A DNA stretch of 64,000 bases from an uncultured Actinomycetota bacterium (GTDB taxonomy: Bacteria > Actinomycetota > Geothermincolia > Geothermincolales > RBG-13-55-18). A program made the translations under genes and the position numbers. Shown here one piece after another: positions 17,141 to 26,715 of this stretch (position 1 is its first letter; each line of letters starts with the position of its first letter). The notes under the pieces were generated by a model. It was not told the origin of the DNA and ran no database searches. It saw only the letters and a list, made by a program, of their open reading frames with translations. The stretch spans positions 9,029 through 73,028 of the forward strand of contig CAYWXM010000060.1 in the NCBI GenBank assembly GCA_964462595.1, written 5' to 3'.

Positions 17141-18844
17141 ATGGTTCCGAGTGACCTGGAAATCGCGCAAGCAGCGGAACTACTCCCCATCGTCGAGATA
17201 GCAGGGAAGATGGGGCTCGAGGAGGACGAGATCGACCTCTTCGGCAAGTACAAGGCCAAAATCGATTTCGAGGCCTTCCTGGAGAGGGTGAAAGACAAGC
17301 CTAACGGCAAGTACATCGACGTGACAGCCATCACCCCCACCCCCCTGGGCGAGGGTAAGACCGTGACTTCCATCGGTCTCACGGAATCCCTGGCCAAAAT
17401 CGGCAAGAGAGTCGTGCTGGCCTTGAGAGAACCCTCCATGGGCCCGGTGTTCGGCATCAAGGGCGGGGCGGCCGGAGGAGGTTACTCGCAGGTGGTACCC
17501 ATGGAGGACCTCAACCTCCATTTCACCGGCGATATCCACGCCGTGACCGCCGCCAACAACCTGCTGGCGGCGATGATAGACACCAGCATCCTGCTGAAAA
17601 ACCCCTTGAACATCGATCCTTTGACCATCTCCTGGAGAAGGGTGACGGATATCAGCGACCGCGCCCTGCGCGACATCGTAGTCGGGCTGGGCGGAAGGGA
17701 GAACGGCTATCCCCGCCAGACCGGCTACGACATCAGCGTGGCCTCCGAGGTCATGGCCATCCTGGCTCTGGCCAACAGCCTCAAGGACCTCAGGGAGCGC
17801 CTGTCGCGCATAGTGGTCGCCTATTCCTACGACGGCAAGCCGGTCACCGCGGAGGACCTCAAGGCTGCGGGAGCCATGACCGTGCTGCTCAAGGAAGCCC
17901 TCAAGCCCAACCTCATCCAGACCCTGGAGCACAACCCGTGCATCATGCATGCCGGGCCTTTCGCCAACATCGCCCACGGCAACAACTCCATCGTGGCCGA
18001 CTACGTGGCGCTCAAGTGCGGCGACTACGTGGTGACGGAGTCCGGCTTCGGCGCGGACTGCGGCGCGGAGAAGATGATGGACATCAAGTGCCGCTACTCC
18101 GGCCTTACCCCGGACTGCGTGGTCATCACCTCCACCGTACGCGCCCTCAAGATGCACGGCGGCGCCTTCGAAGCTCGCCCGGGTAAGCCGCTGGACGAGG
18201 AACTGGTCAAGAAGGAGAATATGCCGGCCCTGGAGGATGGCACCGGAAACCTGGTCAAGCAGATCGAGAACATGAAGCTCTTCGGCGTACCGGTAGTGGT
18301 GACCATCAACAGGCGCACCACCGATACCGAGGCGGAGATCGCTCTGGTGAAGAAGCTGGCCGAAGAGGCCGGCGTGGAGGCCTGCGTGCCCATCGACGTG
18401 TGGGCCAAGGGCGGCGAGGGCGGCAAGGAAGCGGCCGAGGCGGTCGTCGCGGCCTGTGACAAGCCCAAGGACTTCAAGTTCCTCTATCCCCTCGAGGCCA
18501 CCATCAAGGAGAAGATAGAGACCATCGCCACCAAGATCTATGGCGCCGACGGGGTCGATTACAACCCCCTGGCGGAGCAGAAGATCAAGCAGTTCACCGA
18601 GGCCGGCTTCGACAAGCTGCCCATCTGCATGGCCAAGACCCACCTCTCGCTGTCGCACGACCCCAACCTCAAGGGCGTGCCCAAGAATTACCGCCTGCCG
18701 GTAGTGGATATAAGGCCGTCGATAGGCGCCGGGTTCCTGTACCCGCTCTGTGGGACCATGAGGACCATGCCCGGCCTTCCGAGCCGCCCTGCATCGGTCG
18801 ATGTCGATATAGATGAGGATGGGAAGACCCTCGGACTGTTTTAG
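17141..18844 (+). CDS. fhs: formate--tetrahydrofolate ligase
   Basis: FTHFS hallmark PTPLGEGKTVTSIGL, ...GGGYSQVVPMEDLNLHFTGD..., full length 567 aa. Confidence 0.9.
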   Translation: MVPSDLEIAQAAELLPIVEIAGKMGLEEDEIDLFGKYKAKIDFEAFLERVKDKPNGKYIDVTAITPTPLGEGKTVTSIGLTESLAKIGKRVVLALREPSMGPVFGIKGGAAGGGYSQVVPMEDLNLHFTGDIHAVTAANNLLAAMIDTSILLKNPLNIDPLTISWRRVTDISDRALRDIVVGLGGRENGYPRQTGYDISVASEVMAILALANSLKDLRERLSRIVVAYSYDGKPVTAEDLKAAGAMTVLLKEALKPNLIQTLEHNPCIMHAGPFANIAHGNNSIVADYVALKCGDYVVTESGFGADCGAEKMMDIKCRYSGLTPDCVVITSTVRALKMHGGAFEARPGKPLDEELVKKENMPALEDGTGNLVKQIENMKLFGVPVVVTINRRTTDTEAEIALVKKLAEEAGVEACVPIDVWAKGGEGGKEAAEAVVAACDKPKDFKFLYPLEATIKEKIETIATKIYGADGVDYNPLAEQKIKQFTEAGFDKLPICMAKTHLSLSHDPNLKGVPKNYRLPVVDIRPSIGAGFLYPLCGTMRTMPGLPSRPASVDVDIDEDGKTLGLF

Positions 18845-18953
18845 GTCGCGTAACGTAGGATAAGGATGCCAGTCGGAAGCGATGCCCCGGTCCGAGGGAC
18901 CGGGGCATTCACCGGTAAAGGCACAATTTATAGGTATGGGAAGTGAGTGATCC

Positions 18954-20948
18954 TTGGAAGGCAATTACAAAGTACTGTTCATGCCGGATAATCGTTACAT
19001 ATTAGTCTCTCACGGAGAAAACCTGCTCAAGGCGGCCATGGATGCAGACGTGCACATCAACGCTTCCTGCGGGGGCGCGGGTTCCTGTGGAAAGTGCCGG
19101 GTGGTGGTCGAGGAAGGGGAGGTGGAGCGCGAGCCGAACACCAAGCTGGCCGAGGCGGAGATCGCCAAGGGATATGCGCTGGCCTGTCAGACCAAGGTTC
19201 TCTCTGATCTCAAGGTGACGATCCCACTGGAATCGCGCATTGGCGACAAGCGCATATTCCAGCGCGCTGAGCCCACCCCCGCGCACGGCTACCTGCTGGC
19301 GGCTGCCGACTGGGAGGAACGCCTGCCGGAATGGGAACTCGATCCGCCCACCCGCAAGGTACACCTGGTATTGGCCGAACCCACCCTCGACGATAACACC
19401 AGCGACGCCGAGCGTATCAAGCGCGGCCTGGCTATGGAGGCGGATCTGCGCGATGTGGTGATCGATTTTCCAGTCCTGCAGAGGCTTCCCAACATGATCC
19501 GCCAGAGCAACTGGGACATAACGGTGACCGTGCTGGATTCCGGCGATGAGCTGCGTGCCGTACGCATCGAGCAGGGAGATACCTCGCTCAGGCAGTCGGC
19601 CATCGCCATCGATATAGGCACCACCACCATCTCCGCCGAACTCATCGACCTGCACACCGGGGAGGTCACCGCACGGGCTTCCGACTACAATGCCCAGGTG
19701 GCGTTCGGAGAGGATGTGATCTCGCGCATCATCTACGCGACTAAGGGTACCGGGCTGGCAAAGCTGCAGTCGGTGGTCGTCGGGACCATATGGAACCTGA
19801 TAAAGAACCTGGTCGAGCAGGCGGAGATCGAATATTGCAATATCACCCACGTGGTGGCGGCCGGGAACACGACCATTACGCACCTGTTTCTGGGGCTCAA
19901 CCCCAAATATATACGGGAAGAGCCATACATACCCTCCGGCACCATTTTCCCCTGGATCAAGTGCTCGGATATCGGCCTGCGCATCGCGGCGGGCGTCTAT
20001 CTCTATGCCATTCCCTGCGTGGCCAGCTACGTGGGGGGCGACATAGTGGCGGGCGTCCTGGCCGCCGGTATCTTCAACACCGACAGGATGACCCTGTACA
20101 TCGATATCGGTACCAATGGGGAGATAGTGCTGGGCAACCGCGACTGGATGCTCTCGTGTTCGTGCTCCGCCGGACCCGCTTTCGAGGGCGGGGGGGTCAA
20201 ACACGGCATGCGTGCCACCAGCGGAGCCATAGAGCAGGTGCGTATCGATAAGGTGGGTTACGAACCCATGATAATCACCGTGGGGAACAGGAAGCCCATC
20301 GGCATCTGCGGGTCCGGCCTCATAGACCTTCTTTCCGAGATGTTCCTCACCGGTCTCATGAACGAGAAGGGCAAGATCAACACCGACTTGCCCACGGATC
20401 GCGTGCGCGCTATTGAGGGTGGCGCCGAGTACGTGCTGGTGTGGGCGGAGGACTCGGCCACCCGCAGGGATATCGTCATCACCGAGGTGGACATCGACAA
20501 CCTCATGCGGGCCAAGGCGGCGGTTTATGCGGGCATCGAGGTCCTGCTCTCGTCGATGGATATGGACGTCTCTATGATCGACGAGCTGCTCATAGCGGGC
20601 GCTTTCGGGCGTTACCTGGAAGTCGACAAGGCCGTGAGCATCGGCCTGCTGCCGGATATCGGTTACGACAAGATCAAGTTCGTGGGAAACGGTTCTCTCC
20701 TGGGCGCCCATCTCTCGGCGCTTTCCAGGGAGATGATGGAAAAGGCCAACGATATCGCGCGCCAGATGACCTACCTGGAGCTTTCCATGAACCCGGCGTT
20801 CATGGATCACTATATGTCGGCGATGTTCTTCCCGCATACCAACATGGAGATGTTCCCCACCGTGCAGGAGAAGCTGGAAGCCTACCGCTCCGTGCAGCGC
20901 ATGGCATCCGAGACAGCCGAAGACGACGGGGGAGGGGAAGGAAGCTGA
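18954..20948 (+). CDS. corrinoid activation/regeneration protein (RACo-type reductive activator of CoFeSP; ASKHA ATPase with N-terminal 2Fe-2S ferredoxin domain); TTG start
   Basis: N-term plant-type ferredoxin cysteines CGGAGSCGKCRV...ALACQT; long ASKHA domain; location in acs cluster. Confidence 0.75.
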   Translation: MEGNYKVLFMPDNRYILVSHGENLLKAAMDADVHINASCGGAGSCGKCRVVVEEGEVEREPNTKLAEAEIAKGYALACQTKVLSDLKVTIPLESRIGDKRIFQRAEPTPAHGYLLAAADWEERLPEWELDPPTRKVHLVLAEPTLDDNTSDAERIKRGLAMEADLRDVVIDFPVLQRLPNMIRQSNWDITVTVLDSGDELRAVRIEQGDTSLRQSAIAIDIGTTTISAELIDLHTGEVTARASDYNAQVAFGEDVISRIIYATKGTGLAKLQSVVVGTIWNLIKNLVEQAEIEYCNITHVVAAGNTTITHLFLGLNPKYIREEPYIPSGTIFPWIKCSDIGLRIAAGVYLYAIPCVASYVGGDIVAGVLAAGIFNTDRMTLYIDIGTNGEIVLGNRDWMLSCSCSAGPAFEGGGVKHGMRATSGAIEQVRIDKVGYEPMIITVGNRKPIGICGSGLIDLLSEMFLTGLMNEKGKINTDLPTDRVRAIEGGAEYVLVWAEDSATRRDIVITEVDIDNLMRAKAAVYAGIEVLLSSMDMDVSMIDELLIAGAFGRYLEVDKAVSIGLLPDIGYDKIKFVGNGSLLGAHLSALSREMMEKANDIARQMTYLELSMNPAFMDHYMSAMFFPHTNMEMFPTVQEKLEAYRSVQRMASETAEDDGGGEGS

Positions 20949-20949
20949 G

Positions 20950-21726
20950 ATGTCGACGTTCGTGATCGCCGTAGCGGGCAAGGGAGGCACGGGGAAGACG
21001 ACGTTTTCCGCCGTGAGCGTGGCCTGGCTCGTGGACAGAACGGGAAAACCGGTGCTGGCCGTGGACGCAGATTCGAATTCCAACCTCGACCTGGCCCTGG
21101 GCACGCGCGCGGAGAAGACCATTGGATCCGTGCGCGAGTATCTCACCGAAAACGTGAAAAACATGCCCGCGGGGATGTCCAAGGAAGTGTGGGTGGAGAT
21201 GCTCCTGCAGCAGGCACTGGTGGAGGAAAAGGGATTCGACCTCGTCTCCATGGGGAGGCCGGAAGGGCCCGGGTGCTACTGCTACCTTAACAATATCTTT
21301 CGCCGTTACCTCGATATCATGGCCAGCCATTACGATTACGTGGTCATGGATAACGAGGCGGGCATGGAGCACCTGTCGCGGCGCACCACCACCGGGGTGG
21401 ACATCATGTTCGTCACCTCGGACCCCACGGTCCGCGGTATAGAGACGGCCTTGCGCATCCGCGACCTGGCCCGCGACCTCAAGCTGAACATCAGGCAGAT
21501 AGCCCTGGTGATATCCCGGGTGCGCAACGGCCTGCCCGATAACCTGCGCTCCCTGGCCGAGGACAACAACCTGGAGATAGCGGGGACGATACCCGACGAC
21601 GATACCATCCGGGAATACGACGAGGCCGGCAAAGCACTCTCCCAGCTCCCCGAGGAGAGCCAGGCACGGAAGGCGGTAGAGGAAATATTGGTCTCTTACC
21701 TGGGGATTTCCGGGGGCAAAGACTAG
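20950..21726 (+). CDS. cooC: CO dehydrogenase/ACS nickel-insertion accessory ATPase CooC/AcsF
   Basis: Deviant Walker A AGKGGTGKTT, MinD/ParA fold, CxC motif (GCYCY) for metal binding. Confidence 0.8.
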   Translation: MSTFVIAVAGKGGTGKTTFSAVSVAWLVDRTGKPVLAVDADSNSNLDLALGTRAEKTIGSVREYLTENVKNMPAGMSKEVWVEMLLQQALVEEKGFDLVSMGRPEGPGCYCYLNNIFRRYLDIMASHYDYVVMDNEAGMEHLSRRTTTGVDIMFVTSDPTVRGIETALRIRDLARDLKLNIRQIALVISRVRNGLPDNLRSLAEDNNLEIAGTIPDDDTIREYDEAGKALSQLPEESQARKAVEEILVSYLGISGGKD

Positions 21727-21840
21727 AAAACGGGCTATATATATACTGGCGGTAAAACAGACGGGTATTAATGTTGAAAGATTATGGCGTAATGGCCGAA
21801 ATGGTGAGATAATCAGGACTTGGACCGGGGAGGTCTGACG

Positions 21841-22467
21841 ATGTACGTAGAGAAACCCATGGTCGTATTTTTGGACAAGCTCGCCTCCAGGTCGCCGGAG
21901 CCAGGCGGTGGGTCGGTTTCGGCACTCGTGGCTGCCCTTGGAGCGGCCCTTATTTCGATGGTCGGAAACCTGACCCTGGGCAAGGAAAAGTATGCCGCCG
22001 TCCAGGACCAGGTGGAAGAGTTGCTCGCATCTTCAGAAAAACTCCGCGGTGAGCTTCAAAGCTTGATCCAGAAAGACACGGAGGTTTACTCGGAAGTCTC
22101 GGCCGCCTACAAGCTCCCGCGCGATACGGAGGAGGAGAAGGTCACGAGGAAAGCCCGTATCCAGGATGCCCTGAAGCTGGCGACCGAGGTCCCCTTCGAG
22201 ATAGCCGAAAAGAGCCTCGAGGTAGCCCGCCTCGCGGAGACCTCCGCCGAGATCGGTAACGTCGGAGCGGTAAGCGACGCCGGGGTGGCGGTGCTTCTAG
22301 CCGAGGCGGCCGCGCAGAGCGCAGCCCTGAACGTCAAGATCAACGTGAACAGCATAGAGGACGTCGCATACACGCAGAGTAAATGGGACCGCATCTGCGA
22401 GATACTGGAGGAAGCGGCGGACCTGCGCGAACGAGTAGTGCAAGTGACCTACGAAAAGCTGGGTTGA
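21841..22467 (+). CDS. fchA: cyclodeaminase/cyclohydrolase family protein (FtcD C-terminal-like; methenyl-THF cyclohydrolase FchA-like)
   Basis: FLDKLASRSPEPGGGSVSALVAALGAAL signature of formiminotransferase-cyclodeaminase domain; GGGGAGG RBS before ATG 21841. Confidence 0.7.
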   Translation: MYVEKPMVVFLDKLASRSPEPGGGSVSALVAALGAALISMVGNLTLGKEKYAAVQDQVEELLASSEKLRGELQSLIQKDTEVYSEVSAAYKLPRDTEEEKVTRKARIQDALKLATEVPFEIAEKSLEVARLAETSAEIGNVGAVSDAGVAVLLAEAAAQSAALNVKINVNSIEDVAYTQSKWDRICEILEEAADLRERVVQVTYEKLG

Positions 22468-22650
22468 TCCGTTCGCGTAGCGGCGCGATCACCCCGTGGT
22501 TCGGAAAGAAGTGACGAGGCGACCTCGTTTGAGAAGCCGTAAGGATATATGGAGACCCTGTGCGTTGTCGCGTGACACGCTGTCGGATGTAAGCGCTTGC
22601 GGAGGTTACGCGAGTACTTGTCAGGATGTGAGAGGAAAGGAGCATGGGAC

Positions 22651-23589
22651 ATGACCTTGGTCATCGATTGTGTAGCCATCGGCGACGAGCTGATGAAGGA
22701 GATCATCGCGGAAACCGAATCCCTTAAATCTAAGGGCGTCACCCCGGGTATCGCCACCCTGCTGGTGGGGGACGACTTCGGGGCCAGGATGTACAGGGGC
22801 CAGGTGGAGAAGTTCTGCGAGGAGGCGGGTTTCAATTATGTAAACGAGAATCCGCCGGCCGACGTAAGCGAGGACGAGGTCGTGGAGATCGTCAAGAGGC
22901 TCAATGCCGACAAGGCAGTCAGCGGCATCCTTCCCCTCCGCCCCTTCCCCGAACATATATCGGACAGCGCGGTTATCAACTCCATCGACGTGGGCAAGGA
23001 CATCGATACCTTTCACCCCTTCAACATGGGAAAACTGGCCCTCGGAGAGCCCACCTTTCCTCCCGCCACGCCTTCAGCGGTGGTCGAGATACTCGACCGT
23101 TATGCCAGGGACGTAAAGAAGGTGGACCCCAAGGATTTTTACGAGGGCGCCGAGGTGTGCGTGGTCGGGCACTCCAATATCGTGGGCAAGCCCCTGGCTT
23201 TCCTCATGCTCAACCGCAATGCCTCGACCACCGTGGTCCATGTCTTCACCTCGATGAAAGGAAACCTGGAAAAACATACCAAGCAGGCGGATATCCTTAT
23301 CGTGGCCGCGGGCAAGGCGGATCTCCTCGGGCCGGAACAGGTGAAAGAGGGAGCTATCGTGATAGACGTGGGCATCAACCGCGTCAAAGTCCTGGATGAG
23401 GCGGGCGAGCCGGTGTTGAACGATAAGGGTAAGCCTAAGACGAAGACGGTTGGCGACGTATCGTTCGACGCCGTGAAAGACATGACCGAAGCCATCACAA
23501 CCGTTCCCGGAGGCGTGGGCTCGGTTACCAACCGCATGCTCATGAAGAACGCCCTGCGCGCCTGCAAGATGCAGAACGGGCTTGAATGA
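22651..23589 (+). CDS. folD: bifunctional methylene-THF dehydrogenase / methenyl-THF cyclohydrolase
   Basis: Full-length FolD: ...GIATLLVGDD..., VVGHSNIVGKPLAFLM, PVPGGVGSVT. Confidence 0.9.
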   Translation: MTLVIDCVAIGDELMKEIIAETESLKSKGVTPGIATLLVGDDFGARMYRGQVEKFCEEAGFNYVNENPPADVSEDEVVEIVKRLNADKAVSGILPLRPFPEHISDSAVINSIDVGKDIDTFHPFNMGKLALGEPTFPPATPSAVVEILDRYARDVKKVDPKDFYEGAEVCVVGHSNIVGKPLAFLMLNRNASTTVVHVFTSMKGNLEKHTKQADILIVAAGKADLLGPEQVKEGAIVIDVGINRVKVLDEAGEPVLNDKGKPKTKTVGDVSFDAVKDMTEAITTVPGGVGSVTNRMLMKNALRACKMQNGLE

Positions 23590-23668
23590 TAAACGACAAT
23601 GCGCTGTTTGAGCAGGGAGAATATCATAGTAAACGACAGCAGGAAAGATATTGGAAAGGAGAGATGAG

Positions 23669-24613
23669 ATGGCATTCAATCTACCGACGGAGACGGCCAA
23701 GGGCAAAGTCCGCGAGGTAGAGTTGGGAGCTGGCGAAAAAGCCATAAAGGTGGGCGGAGAAGATATCCTTCCCTTCTACCTCTGGGAGGGAGAGATGCCC
23801 AACAAGCCTATCGTCGCGGCCGAAGTATACGACGAGGTGACGGACGAACTGACTCCGGCGCTGGAGAAAGCCCTCGGCGAAGTGAAGAACGACCCCGTAG
23901 CCTGGTCTAAGAAGGCCGTCGAAGAATGGGGAGCGGACGCCATATTCCTGTTTCTCGCCTCGACCGATCCCAAGGGTACAGATGCCCCTACGGAGGCGGC
24001 GGCGGATACGGCGCTCAAGGTGATGGAGGCCGTAAACGTGCCGGTTATAGTGTACGGCACCGAGGACGTGGATAAGGATTCGGAGCTTTCCAGGGTCATC
24101 TGCGCCAAGGCGGAGGGAAGGAACGTGATCATAGGCCCAGCCAAGGAAGAGGACTTCAAAAAGGTGGGCGCGCCGGCCATCGGTTACAAGCAGACGGTCG
24201 TGGGTTTTACCCCCATCGACGTCAACCTGGCCAAGCAGCTCAACATCCTCCTCACCAACCTGGGCATGGAGGCTGAAAAGCTGCTTATCGACCCTACCAC
24301 GGGAGCCCTGGGCTACGGCCTCGAGTACACCTATTCGGTCATGGAGCGCTTGAAGATCGCCGCTCTCTACCAGGACGACTCCATGACCAAGATGCCCATG
24401 CTTGCCAATATAGCCCTGCAGGCCTGGAAAACCAAGGAGGCCAAGAGCAGCGAGGAGGAATACCCGGAGTGGGGGGACCAGGAGAAGCGCGGCATCATGT
24501 GGGAGGTGCTGACATCCGTGCCTTTGCTTCTGGCGGGCTCCAACATCCTGGTACTGAGGCACCCCGAGTCCATCCGCTTAACCAAGCAGATAATAGCCGA
24601 CCTTTTAGGATAG
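23669..24613 (+). CDS. acsD: acetyl-CoA decarbonylase/synthase corrinoid iron-sulfur protein small (delta) subunit
   Basis: CFeSP small-subunit TIM-barrel family; position next to acsA/B/C; RBS GGAAAGGAGAG before ATG 23669 (track ORF opens at TTG 23651). Confidence 0.8.
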   Translation: MAFNLPTETAKGKVREVELGAGEKAIKVGGEDILPFYLWEGEMPNKPIVAAEVYDEVTDELTPALEKALGEVKNDPVAWSKKAVEEWGADAIFLFLASTDPKGTDAPTEAAADTALKVMEAVNVPVIVYGTEDVDKDSELSRVICAKAEGRNVIIGPAKEEDFKKVGAPAIGYKQTVVGFTPIDVNLAKQLNILLTNLGMEAEKLLIDPTTGALGYGLEYTYSVMERLKIAALYQDDSMTKMPMLANIALQAWKTKEAKSSEEEYPEWGDQEKRGIMWEVLTSVPLLLAGSNILVLRHPESIRLTKQIIADLLG

Positions 24614-24777
24614 GCTTTGATATACGGTCGGGCGTTTGTGGCGAAGACACGAATGCGGCGAGGCGGTCTGGTATGAGAAATACGGGAGCCGAGCACGGTG
24701 CGCCAACTTCGGACCGGCCGACGAAAATAATGGGTTCAAGAAGGACCCGGAAAGTAATTCCACAGGAGGGATAAAGA

Positions 24778-26715
24778 ATGGCGGAATACGAGGAATTGAC
24801 AGCGTGTGAAACCACGCTGGAGATGCTGCAGAAAGCAAAGGAGGAGGGGCAGGAGACCGCCTTCGACCGCGTGCAGTATCAGAAGGGATGCGCCTTCGGA
24901 GAGGCAGGCACCTGCTGCCGTATCTGCAACATGGGTCCCTGCCGTATCAACCCCAAGAAACCCGACGAGAGCCGGGGGGTATGCGGGGCCAACGTCGATA
25001 CCATCGTGGCGCGCAATTTCGCCCGCATGGTGGCCGGCGGGGCGTCAGCCCACTCCGATCACGGCCGCGCCGTCGCCGAGACGATGCTCATGACGCTCAA
25101 GGGAGAAGCGCAGGACTACGAGATCAAGGACCGTATAAAGCTTCTCGAGCTGGCCGGCGAACTGGATATCGAGATCGGCGAACGCGACATCAACGAGATC
25201 GCCCTGGAGGTGGCCGAGCGCTGCATGGCCATGTTCGGACAGCAGGAGGGCGAGCTGGCCATGGCGAAGAGGGCCCCCGAGAAGCGCAAGGAGATATGGC
25301 GCCAGCTGGGGATCTTCCCGCGCGGCATCGACCGCGAGATAGTCGAGATCATGCACCGCACCCATATAGGAGTCGACCAGCATTACGAGAACATCCTCAT
25401 GGCCAGCGCCCGCGCCGCGCTGAGCGACGGCTGGGGAGGTTCCATGATCGGGACCGAACTTCAGGACATACTGTTCAACACCCCCACGCCCATAGAGTCC
25501 AGGATCGACCTCGGGGTGCTCGAGGAGGACATGGTAAACATCATCGTGCACGGGCACGAGCCCATCCTCTCGGAGATGATCGTGCTTGCCTCCAACCTGC
25601 CCGAGATGCAGGAGAAAGCCAAGAGCGTCGGCGCCACCGGCATCAACCTGGCGGGCATCTGCTGCACCGCCAACGAGATCCTCATGCGGCACGGTATCCC
25701 GGTAGCCGGAAACGTGCTGCAGCAGGAGATGGCCCTCCTCACCGGCGCGGTGGAGGCCATGGTGGTTGACGTGCAGTGCATATACCAGGGGATAGGTCAG
25801 ATAGCGAGCTGCATCCACAGCGACATCATCACCACGTCCCCCAAGGCCAAGATGCCTTACGCCAGGCATATCGAGTTCCACGAGGACCGCGCCCTGGAGA
25901 TAGCCAAGGAGATCGTGTCCACGGCCATCGACAACTTCAAGAACCGTGGCAAGGTGTCCATACCCAAGAGGAACGAGGCCCTCATAGCGGGCTTCGACCA
26001 CGAGTACATCAACTACATGTTGGGCGGGAAGTTCCGCGCCTCTTACCGTCCCCTCAACGACGCTGTCATAGACGGCCGCATACGCGGCGTGGTGGGAGTG
26101 GTCGGGTGCAACAACCCCCGCGTCAAGCACGACGACATCCACATCAAGGTGACCCGGGACCTCATCGCCAACGGTTGCCTGGTGGTCATGACCGGGTGCG
26201 CCGCCCAGTCCGCCGCCAAGGCAGGGCTCATGCTGCCCGAGGTGGCCCGAGAGGTCTGTCCGCAGGGGCTGTGGGAGGTATGCGAGGCGGTAGGCATGCC
26301 GCCGGTACTGCATGCCGGCTCCTGCGTGGACAACAGCCGCATCCTCATATCCCTTACCGCGATGGTCAACGAGGGCGGACTCGGCGACGATATCAGCGAC
26401 CTCCCCGCCGCCGGCTGCGCGCCGGAGTGGATGAGCGAGAAAGCCATATCCATCGGGGAGTACTTCGTGGCCTCGGGGGTCACCACCGTGTTCGGCGTCA
26501 GCTGGCCCACCACGGGGAGCAAGAACGTGACCGACTTCCTGTTCGAGAAGTACAAGGACACCCTCAAGAGCAGCTGGGCTTTCGAACGCGACCCCGAAAA
26601 GATGGTCGGAATGATCCTCAACATCATCGATAACAAGCGCGAGGCCCTGGGTATCTCGGCCAAGCGTGAGAGGGTGCTATACGACATGGCTATGAGGAGG
26701 GAGTTGGAGATCTAA
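24778..26715 (+). CDS. acsA: anaerobic carbon monoxide dehydrogenase catalytic subunit
   Basis: N-terminal B/D-cluster cysteines CxxGxCC..C, CODH/HCP fold, 645 aa. Confidence 0.9.
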   Translation: MAEYEELTACETTLEMLQKAKEEGQETAFDRVQYQKGCAFGEAGTCCRICNMGPCRINPKKPDESRGVCGANVDTIVARNFARMVAGGASAHSDHGRAVAETMLMTLKGEAQDYEIKDRIKLLELAGELDIEIGERDINEIALEVAERCMAMFGQQEGELAMAKRAPEKRKEIWRQLGIFPRGIDREIVEIMHRTHIGVDQHYENILMASARAALSDGWGGSMIGTELQDILFNTPTPIESRIDLGVLEEDMVNIIVHGHEPILSEMIVLASNLPEMQEKAKSVGATGINLAGICCTANEILMRHGIPVAGNVLQQEMALLTGAVEAMVVDVQCIYQGIGQIASCIHSDIITTSPKAKMPYARHIEFHEDRALEIAKEIVSTAIDNFKNRGKVSIPKRNEALIAGFDHEYINYMLGGKFRASYRPLNDAVIDGRIRGVVGVVGCNNPRVKHDDIHIKVTRDLIANGCLVVMTGCAAQSAAKAGLMLPEVAREVCPQGLWEVCEAVGMPPVLHAGSCVDNSRILISLTAMVNEGGLGDDISDLPAAGCAPEWMSEKAISIGEYFVASGVTTVFGVSWPTTGSKNVTDFLFEKYKDTLKSSWAFERDPEKMVGMILNIIDNKREALGISAKRERVLYDMAMRRELEI